Shown piece by piece: positions 56,346 through 64,000 of a stretch of 64,000 nucleotides of DNA. A program made the translations under genes and the position numbers. Source of the DNA: an uncultured Chloroflexia bacterium (lineage in GTDB: Bacteria; Chloroflexota; Limnocylindria; Limnocylindrales; CSP1-4); contig CAVOIR010000011.1 in NCBI GenBank assembly GCA_963696045.1, positions 53,412 to 117,411 of the forward strand, in the 5' to 3' direction. Each line of letters starts with the position of its first letter. Positions within the stretch are counted from its first letter, which is position 1. Under the pieces are notes generated by a model. That model was not told the origin of the DNA. It saw only the letters and a list, made by a program, of their open reading frames with translations, and made no database searches.

Positions 56346-56825
56346 TCAGAGGCCGGCGGCAGGTCCTTCTCGAACCAGTGGTCGCCGTGGACCTCGTCGT
56401 TGAATGGCGCCACCTCGCGATAGCCGCGGCGGCGGTACAGCGCGATGGCCTCGACGAGGCTGCGGTTGGTCTCGAGCCGGGCGACCGACTTCCCGGCCGC
56501 TGACCGCGCGTGCCTCGAGCTCGGCGAGCAGCCGCCCGCCCAGCGCCCTGGCCACGCGCCTCGACGGTGAGACCCACATCCGCTTGATCTCGGCGACGCG
56601 CGGCGCGGCGAGCCTCACCGCGCCGCACCCGACGGGCTGTCCGTCCATGCGGGCGACGAGGACGAGGCCTCGCGGCGGGGTCAGGTCCTCGACGCCGAGC
56701 GGCAGCGCCGCGCTGACATCGAATCCGCCCTCGAAGCGACGGTCGAGCTCCTCGTAGTATCGGGCGAAGCACCCGCGGACGGCGTCGCTGTCGGCGGGCT
56801 CCTCTGCGATGACGACCGTCGCCAT
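56346..56825 (-). CDS. GNAT-family N-acetyltransferase; one frameshift near 56500
   Basis: VARMDGQPVGCGAVRLAAPRVAEIKRMWVSPSRR... is the acetyl-CoA-binding motif A region. The C-terminus is in another frame. Confidence 0.55.
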   Translation of the reverse strand: MATVVIAEEPADSDAVRGCFARYYEELDRRFEGGFDVSAALPLGVEDLTPPRGLVLVARMDGQPVGCGAVRLAAPRVAEIKRMWVSPSRRVARALGGRLLAELEARAVSGREVGRPARDQPQPRRGHRAVPPPRLSRGGAIQRRGPRRPLVREGPAAGL

Positions 56826-56840
56826 GGATGGCTGGTCAGG

Positions 56841-57576
56841 CTACTCGAACGTCGAGATGAGGAAGGCGGCCACGAAGCCGGCCGTCGTGGCGAGGCCCGT
56901 GTACAGGTGGCTCTTGCCGAACGCTTCGGGGGCCATCTCATCGGCGATCATCGTCAGCAGCGCTCCGGCGGCGAAGGCCTGCGCGATCGCTGCGGTGGAC
57001 TCGTCGGTCGCGTTCAGGAGCGCGTAGCCGATGGCGGCCGCAGCCGCCGAGATGGCCGCGATGCCCCACCAGGCTCCCCGGATCCAGACCCTTGGACCGG
57101 CCCGCGGCGCGCATGTCGACCGTCGCACCGAGCGACTCGGGGAAGTTCGAGACCCAGATGGCCACGAGGAGGGCCGGCCCGACCTCGCCGAGGGTGACGA
57201 GCGACATGCCCAGGACGACCGATTCGGGAACGCCGTCGAGGATCGTGCCCAGGACGATGCCGAGGCCACTGCTTTCGGGGCGGTCCTCTCGGCCGCGGTG
57301 CCGTCGCCGTGCCCCGCCCATGTTCGATACGGCGCGGTCGCCCAGGAAGAAGACGACCGAGCCCGCCAGCAGCCCGATGACCAGCACGAGGGGGCCGTCG
57401 ACGAGTTCGAGCGCGGGCTCGACGAGCTCGAAGGCGATCGACGAGATGAGCGTCCCGACGCCGAAGGCCATGATGAGCCCGACGGCCATGGCCGGCAGCT
57501 CGAATCGGAAGGCGACCTCGGCCGCGACGATGAGCGCGGAGGCCCCGACGAAGCCCCAGAAGGCGGCCTCAGCCAT
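56841..57576 (-). CDS. ZIP-family metal (Zn/Fe) transporter (ZupT-like); one frameshift near 57090
   Basis: ORF 56938-57576 (LGIVLGTILDGVPESVVLGMS, ZIP signature HxxxD/E context) plus the C-terminus at the end of ORF 56841-58253 (AIAQAFAAGALLTMIADEMAPEAF). Confidence 0.65.
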
Positions 57577-57635
57577 CGCACGCAGGCTCTCATCGCGCGC
57601 GGAGTATGCGCGGCGGCCCGTACCATGGCACGCCA

Positions 57636-59573
57636 GTGAGCGATCCCCTGGTGCTGCCCTACGGCTCGTGGCCGTCTCCCATCAGCGTCGAGATGGCCGT
57701 CGGAGCGTCTCGCGGCCTGTCCGAGCCGCGCCAGGACGGCGATGCCGTGTACGTCCTCGAATCGCGCCCCGATGAGGCCGGCCGGGTGGCGCTCCTGCGC
57801 TGCGACCCGGACGGCACGGTCACCGACCTGGCGCCAGAGCTCAACGTCCGCACGCGGGTCCACGAGTACGGCGGCGGTGCCTACACCGTTCGTGACGGCC
57901 TCGTCGTCTTCTCCGAGTTCGCCGGCAACCGGCTGATGGTCCGGAGGCCCGACGACGATGGCCCGAAGCAGCTCGTCGCCGATCCCGCGCTGCGCTTCGC
58001 CGACATGGAGATCGACGCGGGCGCGCGACCGGGTCATCGCCGTCCTCGAGGACCAGCGCGAATCGGCGCTCCTGCCGCGCAACCTGCTCTGCGCCGTGTC
58101 GCTGACCGACGGCACGCTCACGGAGCTGGCGGCCGGGCACGACTTCACCTCGGACCCGCGCCTCAGCCCGGACGGCGGCCGACTCGCCTTCCTGACCTGG
58201 GACTTCCCGCAGATGCCCTGGGATGGCACGGACCTGTGGGTGGCGCCGGTCACCGCCGATGGATCGCTCGGCCCGGCGGTCCACGTCGCGGGCGGGACGA
58301 CCGAGTCGATCGTCCAGCCGCGCTGGGCGCCGGACGGGTCGCTCGTCTTCGTCTCCGATCGGAGCGGCTGGTGGAACCTCTATCGCTGGCGGCCGGACAT
58401 CGAGACCGCAGAGCCGCTGGCGCCGATGGACGCGGAGTTCGCCGGGCCGCAATGGGTCTTCGGCCTGTCCGACTTCGACATCGATGCCGACGGCACCATC
58501 GTGGCGACCGCCTCCGCTCCGGGCGGGACGCGGCTCCTTCGGCTCCGGGACGGCGAGCCTCCGCGGGACCTCGAGATCGACGCTGACGCCATCGCCTACG
58601 TGCGCGTCCGCGACGGCATCGTCACGTGTCGTCGCCGGCTCCTGGACCCGGCCGACGGCCGTCATCCGGCTCGACCTGGGCGACGGACGACAGGAGCGCC
58701 TGCGCGAGAGCGGCCCGCTCGCCGTCGATCCGGCGTACCTGTCGGTGCCACAGCACGTCGCCTTCCCCACCTCGGGTGGCCGGACCGCCTACGCGTGGTA
58801 CTACCCGCCAGCGAACCCGGACGTCGCGGCGCCGGCGAATGAGCAGCCGCCCCTCGTCGTCATGTCCCACGGGGGTCCGACCAGCCAGGCGCGCACGTCC
58901 CTCAGCCTCGAGCGCCAGGCCTTCACGAGCCGTGGGTTCGCGGTCGTGGACGTCGACTACGGCGGCTCCACCGGCTACGGCCGCGCCTACCGCGACCAGC
59001 TCCGCGAGGCCTGGGGCATCGTGGACGTCGATGACTGCACGAACGCCGCCCTCTGGCTGGCCGAGCAGGGCCTGGCCGACCGCGCACGGCTGGCCATCCG
59101 CGGCGGCAGCGCCGGCGGCTTCACGACGCTCGCGGCGCTCTGCTTCACCGACGCCTTCGGCGCCGGCGTCTCCTACTTCGGCCTCGGCGACCTCGAGGGC
59201 TTCGCGGCCATCACGCACAAGTTCGAGTCGCAGTACGACCGCTACCTCGTCGGGCCCGCCTGAGGACGCGCAGCGCTACCGGGACCGCTCTCCGAACAAC
59301 CACGCCGACCGGATCAGCTGCCCGGTGCTCGTCCTCCAGGGCGCCGACGACCGGGTCGTCCCTGTCTCCCAGGCGGAGGGCATCGTGGCTGCCCTCGAGC
59401 GCAACGGCCTGCCCCACGCCTACCTCCTCTTCGAGGGCGAGGGCCACGGATTCCGCAAGGCCGAGAACCAGCGCCGCGCGCTGGAAGCCGAGCTGTCCTT
59501 CTACGCCCAGGTCTTCGGCTTCACCCTCGCCGACGACATCGAGCCCCTCGAGATCGTCGGCCTCCTGGGCTGA
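57636..59573 (+). CDS. S9-family serine peptidase (prolyl oligopeptidase / acylaminoacyl-peptidase-like) with N-terminal beta-propeller; about 3 frameshifts
   Basis: GTG start. Propeller part in ORFs 57606-58586 and 57958-58842. Catalytic domain in 58223-59263 (GGSAGG nucleophile elbow) and 58626-59573 (...LLFEGEGHGF, His). Confidence 0.7.
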
Positions 59574-59586
59574 CCGACAGACGAGC

Positions 59587-59616
59587 GTGACCGCCGGGCG
59601 AGCGCCCGGCGGTCAC
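59587..59616. terminator. perfect 14-bp-stem hairpin GTGACCGCCGGGCG-a-GCGCCCGGCGGTCAC between convergent genes (bidirectional terminator candidate)
   Basis: Read directly. It lies 14 nt after the S9 peptidase stop and 37 nt after the convergent gene stop. Confidence 0.55.
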
Positions 59617-59652
59617 GTGGGGAGGGGAGGGAAGGGTCTTCGGGGTGTTCGG

Positions 59653-60299
59653 CTACGCGTCCGAGGCGGGCGATGCCGCGGGATCGGGCGAGGCTGCCGG
59701 CGCGACCTCTGTCGTGTCCTCCGCCGCGGCGTCGTCCTCGGTGGTCGCCTCGTCATCGGCCTCCTCGACGGTCGGCCGGACCACGATGCGCTGGGCGAGG
59801 AACGAGCCGTCCTCCTGGGAGCTGGCCCACACGACGATCTCGCTGCCGGCCGCGATGTCGGTGACGGCGATCGACTCGCCGACCATGCGCTGGCGCTCGA
59901 AGCCCCGTCCGAAGTCGACGCTCTCGGTCGTGAAGCCGATGACCTGGGTCTCCTCGTCGAGCGTGACCGTCGCGGCTTCGTCGGTGGCCAGCGTGTAGTC
60001 GACGCTGGTCTCCGTCGCGACCGAAAGCGTGCCGTTGTCGATCCGCTGGGTGACCAGGGCGCCCTCGTCGGTCTGGTAGGTCGTCTCGCTGCGCACCAGG
60101 CCGTCCCAGGCGCCGCGGACCAGCCCGCGCATCTCGAGCCGGTCGCGGAAGAGACCACCTCGGTCACCTCGGCCGAAGCCGAACGGTCCCTCCTCGTCGC
60201 CAGGTTGGGCCGCCACGCTGGCCGTGCCGGCCATGACGAGCGCCAGGCTGGCGGCTGCCGCGGCCAGGCCGCGGGTCCTCGTGATCTGCATCGTCAGTG
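59653..60299 (-). CDS. secreted hypothetical protein with acidic Asp/Glu/Ala/Thr-rich C-terminal tail
   Basis: MQITRTRGLAAAAASLALVMAGTASVAAQ signal peptide. Only the C-terminal about 215 aa of ORF 59653-61557 is plausible. The rest would run through the tRNA. Confidence 0.5.
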
Positions 60300-60477
60300 T
60301 TCTCCTGTTGCTTGTCTTCGACGCGATGGGTGCGTCGGCCGCTTCGTTCGGTGCGGCGATGTGGACGATGAGGCCCCTCGGCCCTGTCATCGACCGTGCG
60401 GTGTAAGGGTCGGGTAAGTGGCCCCGACACGCCCGGACCCGTGGATGGACCGATTCTGCGCCTCTGCTATCATGTCG

Positions 60478-60553
60478 CGGCGGGGTGGAGCAGCGGCAGC
60501 TCGTCGGGCTCATAACCCGAAGGTCGTCGGTTCGAATCCGACCCCCGCAACCA
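60478..60553 (+). tRNA. tRNA-Met (anticodon CAT), initiator (fMet)-like
   Basis: Cloverleaf built by hand: acceptor GGCGGGG/CCCCGCA, D stem GAGC/GCTC, anticodon stem TCGGG/CCCGA, loop CTCATAA, T arm GTCGG-TTCGAAT-CCGAC, 3' ACCA. Nearly identical to E. coli tRNA-fMet, including the three G-C pairs closing the anticodon stem and an unpaired 1:72. Confidence 0.85.
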
Positions 60554-60571
60554 AGCGAATACCGTCTCGAG

Positions 60572-60604
60572 AACCCCGGGGTCCCGCCCCCCGGGGTTTT
60601 CATT
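60572..60604. terminator. rho-independent terminator: CCCCGGGG-tcccgcc-CCCCGGGG followed by TTTTCATTT
   Basis: Read directly 19 nt downstream of the tRNA 3' end. It also sits at the 3' end of the convergent DDN gene. Confidence 0.6.
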
Positions 60605-61117
60605 TGGCTGGCTGCCGCTCGGGCTCCTGCCGCTCCGGGCCCTCCAGGCGGAAGAAGACGCCGTTGGCGAAGACATGCCGAGCCGCCAGGCGGTAGATGG
60701 CGTTGCCGGGGAAGGGATGCTGGCGGAAGGCCGCGCGCACGACGGCGTCCCGCTCGGGACCCGGTGCCAGCACCAGGGGCGCGAAGCTGGTGCGCGGCAG
60801 GTCCGCGCTCTCGAGTGCGATCCGCGAGGCGGCCCGGACGTTGAGCGTCCAACCGGTGTCCCCGTTCGGATGCCCGAGATAGCGCTGCTCCCCGACGTGC
60901 AGCAGGCCCAGGAGCACCCGGCGATCCTCGCCCGAACGTCGGCCGGGGACGTGGAGCAGGACGAGGTTCCCGTAGCCGCGCGACAGCGTGAGGGGGACGA
61001 GCACGCCATCCATGACGCGGATGAGCCGGTACCAGGTCGGCCACAGGTGCGACCAGGCGCCGGTGGCGCGCACGGGCCGCTCGAAGCGATGCGCCGGGCT
61101 GGGCATCGATGGATCCA
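60600..61117 (-). CDS. F420H2-dependent DDN-family (nitroreductase-like, split-barrel) oxidoreductase
   Basis: MDPSMPSPAHRFERPVRATGAW...YRLIRVMDGVLVPLTLSRGYGNLVLLHVPGRRSGEDRRVLLGLLHVGEQRYLGHPNGDTGWTLNVRAA matches the deazaflavin-dependent nitroreductase family pattern. Confidence 0.65.
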
Positions 61118-61210
61118 TCGGGCCATTCTGACCACTGGGGCCTATCGGCCCCCGATCGTGGGGGCGCGAGGACCTGCCGGTCGTGGCTGCCGCGACTACC
61201 CTTGTCGTTG

Positions 61211-62501
61211 ATGAGGCCCCTTCGCGCCGTCCTGCTGCTCGTCGCCCTGCTGGCCGCTGTCCGCCGATGACGGCGGCGGCCCAGGGCCGACGACCTCCCC
61301 GGCCCCACGGCCGGTGACGTCGCCCGCGAGGCCTCCAGCGGCGCAGCCAGCGCGAGCCCGCAGCAGGCCATCGGCGCAGCCAGCGCGAGTCCGCCACAGG
61401 CCAGCCCGACTGCCACCGCGACCGATGCCGCCGCCGGCGGAGCCGTCGTCCGAGGCGTGTTCTTCTTCTCGCCGACCTGCCCCCACTGCGAGATCGTCAT
61501 CACCGAGCATCTGCCGGGACTCTTCGAGCGGTTCGGCGGCGAGCCGGTCATCAGCATCGATGAATCGCTGCCGCCCGGAGAGGTGTCCTTCTACCTCATG
61601 AGCAACGGGCAGCTGCAGCTGCTCATGGTGGACGTCAGCGTCGATCCCGGCTCCCGGATGCTCGTGGCGGACTCGGAGCGGCTCGGCGTCGACGCCGGCG
61701 TGCCCCGCCTCGACATCGCCGACCAGCATCTCGTGGGCTCCGTCGACATCCCGGCGCAGCTCCCCGGGATCGTCGAGGGCGGCATCGCCGAGGACGGCAT
61801 CGACTGGCCGCCGGTGCCCGACCTGGCTGCCGCCTTGGCGCCGTTCCCGGAGGCGGGCCTCGTCTCCCGCGCGGCGGACCCTGCGGTGGCCCAGGCCGCC
61901 TTGCCCGCCGCGAGCCTCTCGGTCTGGGCGAAGGTGTCCCGCGACCCGCTCGGCAACGGCCTGGCCATCCTCGTCCTCGTCGCGCTGCTCGTGAGCACTC
62001 GTGGCCGTGCCGGTGCTGCTCCGGCGCGGTTCGATGCCGCGGCTGCCCGACTGGCCCATCCCGCTGCTGGCCATCGCCGGTATCGCCATCTCGGCCTATC
62101 TCGGGAGCGTCGAATCGAGCGGTGGAGACGCGGTCTGCGGGCCGGTCGGGGACTGCAACGCGGTGCAGGACAGCGAGTACGCACGTCTCGCCGGCGTGCC
62201 CATGGGCGTCGTCGGCGTGCTCGGCTACACGTTCGTCCTGGCCGGCTGGATCGTGGCGCGGCTCATGGAGGGACGCCTCGCCGACGTCATCCTGGTCGGT
62301 GTCGCGGCGGGCACCTTCGCAGGCACGCTCTTCTCGGCCTGGCTGACCTTCCTGGAGCCGTTCGTCATCGGCGCCACGTGCCTCTGGTGCATCAGCTCGG
62401 CGCTGACGATGCTGGCGCTGATGTGGCTGACCGCGGGGCGTGGCTGGGCCGCGCTCGGCCGCCTGCGGGGCCGCCCGCCCCTTCGGCCCGAGCCAGCCTG
62501 A
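61211..62501 (+). CDS. thioredoxin-like (CPHC) domain fused to vitamin K epoxide reductase (VKOR) domain; disulfide-bond formation. At least 2 frameshifts
   Basis: Signal peptide MRPLRAVLLLVALLAA. FFFSPTCPHCEIV (Trx CxxC) in ORF 61457-62725. VKOR TM domain with CGPVGDCNAVQDS and CLWCISSAL in ORF 62001-62501. Confidence 0.65.
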
Positions 62502-62507
62502 CCAGGA

Positions 62508-63665
62508 TCAGCGGGCGCCGAGGAGGTGCTCGATGGCCAGCTGGTCGAGACGCCCGTAGGACATCGAGCGCTTGCCGGCCACGTCCGGGTCGAAGGCATC
62601 CGCGCGGACCGCATCGATCGTCTCGCCGGCGGCCAGGGTGGGCAGGGCCAGCTCATCGATGCGGGCGGCCTTCATGGCCTCCTGGACCTCCGGGTCGGCG
62701 CGGAAGGCGGCCGCCCGCTCCTTGAGGATGAGATACGTGCGCATGTTGGCAGCGGCCGTGACCCAGACGTCGTCGCCGATCTCGGTGCGCAGCGGCTTGT
62801 AGTCGAAATGGCGGGGACCGTCATAGCCGGCCGTCTCGAGCAGGTCCACGAGATAGAAGGCGCTCTGCAGGTCGCCGTGGCCGAAGATGAGGTCCTGGTC
62901 GTACTTGACGCCGTGCTGGCCGTTGAGGTCGATGTGGAAGAGCTTGCCGTGCCACAGCGCCTGGGCCACGCCATGCACGAAGTTCAGCCCGGCCATCTGC
63001 TCGTGGCCGACCTCGGGGTTGAGGCCCACCATCTCGCTGTGCTCGAGGGTCCCGATGAAGGCCAGGGCATGGCCGATGGTCGGCAGGAACATGTCGCCGC
63101 GCGGCTCGTTGGGCTTGGGCTCGAGGGCGAAGCGCAGGCCGTAGCCCTTGTCGATGACGTACTGGCAGAGGACGTCGAAGGCTTCCTTGAAGCGGTCGAG
63201 CGCAGCGGCGAGGTCCTTGGCCGAATCGACCTCGGCGCCCTCGCGGCCGCCCCAGAAGACGTAGGTCTGGGCGCCCAGCTCGGCGGCCAGGTCGAGGTTG
63301 CGCATGACCTTGCGCAGCGCGAAGCGGCGGACGTCCCGATCGTTGGCGGTGAAGGCGCCGTCCTTGAAGACGGGGTGGCTGAAGAGGTTCGTGGTGAGCA
63401 TGGGCGCCACCATGCCGGTCTTCTCGAGCGCCTCCTTGAAGCGCCGGATGTGCTCGTCGCGCGCGGCGTCATCGGAGCCGAAGGGGATGAGGTCGTCGTC
63501 GTGGAAGGTGATGCCCCAGGCGCCCAGCTCGGCCAGGCGATAGACGGCCTCCACCGGGTCCATGTGGGGTCGCGTGGCGTCTCCGAAGGGATCGCGGGCC
63601 GGCCACCCGACGGTCCAGAGCCCGAAGCTGAACTTGTCGGCGGGCGTGGGCTGGTAGTCGGCCAT
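62508..63665 (-). CDS. xylA: xylose isomerase
   Basis: Intact. [42 protein letters not shown]...[10 protein letters not shown]...WGGREGAE...[13 protein letters not shown]...[11 protein letters not shown] is near-identical in motif order to Streptomyces-type XylA. Confidence 0.9.
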   Translation of the reverse strand: MADYQPTPADKFSFGLWTVGWPARDPFGDATRPHMDPVEAVYRLAELGAWGITFHDDDLIPFGSDDAARDEHIRRFKEALEKTGMVAPMLTTNLFSHPVFKDGAFTANDRDVRRFALRKVMRNLDLAAELGAQTYVFWGGREGAEVDSAKDLAAALDRFKEAFDVLCQYVIDKGYGLRFALEPKPNEPRGDMFLPTIGHALAFIGTLEHSEMVGLNPEVGHEQMAGLNFVHGVAQALWHGKLFHIDLNGQHGVKYDQDLIFGHGDLQSAFYLVDLLETAGYDGPRHFDYKPLRTEIGDDVWVTAAANMRTYLILKERAAAFRADPEVQEAMKAARIDELALPTLAAGETIDAVRADAFDPDVAGKRSMSYGRLDQLAIEHLLGAR

Positions 63666-64000
63666 GCTGTCGTCATCCTCCTCTGCCGCCCTGGGCGACG
63701 GCGTCGTGTCTCGGGTTCGTGGCCTCATCCTAGTGGGCCGTGGCGCCCGTCGTCTGAGCCATCCGGCTCGAAGTCGACTCGGCATCTCCTGGTGGGGGCA
63801 CCCAGGCGCCGGAAATACACGATCGTTGAACAGGGAGGGCCTCCGCGTCGACTTCGAGGACCGCCTCAGACAGCATCGCCGGCGTCGCGCGTCCCTGGAC
63901 GGCCAGTTCGCCGGCCGACAAGCGTGAGCACAGCACGCCAGACGCCCCCTCGGCTGGACGGGTGCCCATCGGACGCACTGTCAGCTCCGGGAGCTCGCAG

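Noticed and set aside
59653-61557. 634-aa minus-strand ORF crossing the tRNA-Met
   Set aside because: A real protein cannot read through a tRNA gene and its terminator. Only the 3' about 215 codons (signal peptide MQITRTRGL... onward) are plausible.
60554-63665. Possible integrative element downstream of the tRNA-Met 3' end
   Set aside because: No integrase/recombinase ORF and no direct repeat of the tRNA 3' end found by eye. Downstream genes (DDN, VKOR-Trx, xylA) are housekeeping-type with the same composition as the rest of the window.
63730-63978. 82-aa minus-strand ORF at the window end, possibly the C-terminus of a gene upstream of xylA
   Set aside because: No recognisable family. With the indel-prone sequence and truncation by the window edge, no call can be supported.

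Overview
This 64-kb window is very GC-rich (about 70%) and densely coding. Gene content points to an Actinomycetota-like chromosome: F420-dependent enzymes (LLM class, DDN family), a VKOR-thioredoxin fusion, a YciI plus ECF sigma-factor pair, MurJ and actinobacterial-type XylA. No transposase, integrase, CRISPR array or rRNA is present. One tRNA is found, an initiator-like tRNA-Met(CAT) at 60478-60553.

Main loci, in order:
- 792-5585 (minus): a BMP-family (nucleoside or sugar) ABC uptake operon, divergent from a GntR regulator with a perfect 17-bp palindrome between them.
- 6486-8905: an M20 peptidase and a secreted GH3 hydrolase.
- 8892-10290: a secreted beta-propeller protein fused to a C-terminal cupredoxin domain.
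- 10415-12999: a Zn-dehydrogenase, PTPS and GT4 operon.
- 13146-14844: YciI-like protein followed by an ECF sigma factor.
- 16279-17172: a collagen-like Gly-X-Y repeat protein (18-bp periodic repeat).
- 18551-21242: a BlaI / BlaR1(M56) pair whose sensor domain is an RTX beta-roll, divergent from a secreted RTX protein, with three phased dyad operators between them.
- 21327-22150: a rhamnulose-1-phosphate-aldolase homologue.
- 22336-28762: a soluble NAD(P)-linked [NiFe]-hydrogenase cluster hoxE-hoxF(GltD-like fusion)-hoxU-hoxY-hoxH, immediately followed by a MerR-HTH+TOBE regulator and modB-modA.
- 31230-34409: a cupredoxin-like secreted protein, a rhodanese, a beta-carbonic-anhydrase-like protein and a winged-helix regulator.
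- 35134-38532: HtrA, a C39-like membrane peptidase and MurJ.
- 38631-41960: a three-domain rhodanese, a second beta-propeller paralogue and a small cupredoxin.
- 42767-45115: a holin-like membrane domain fused to an AlkP-superfamily phosphodiesterase.
- 45531-48740: a secreted triple-cupredoxin protein beside a NarL/NarX-type two-component system.
- 49412-63665: PF03640-like lipoprotein, cupin, DUF1801, MFS, G1PDH-like, LLM-F420, hydroxypyruvate-isomerase-like, GNAT, ZIP, S9 peptidase, tRNA-Met, DDN, VKOR-Trx and xylA.

More than half of the recognisable genes are split across reading frames. The protein sequence clearly continues in another frame, and single-base indels (often in homopolymers) can be pinpointed, so coordinates for those genes are approximate. 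Sequencing or assembly indel error is the most likely explanation, rather than true pseudogenes.

The most interesting candidates are the BlaI/BlaR1-RTX signalling module with its operator array, the hydrogenase with a NuoF-GltD fused diaphorase subunit next to a TOBE regulator, and the repeated beta-propeller / cupredoxin / rhodanese theme.
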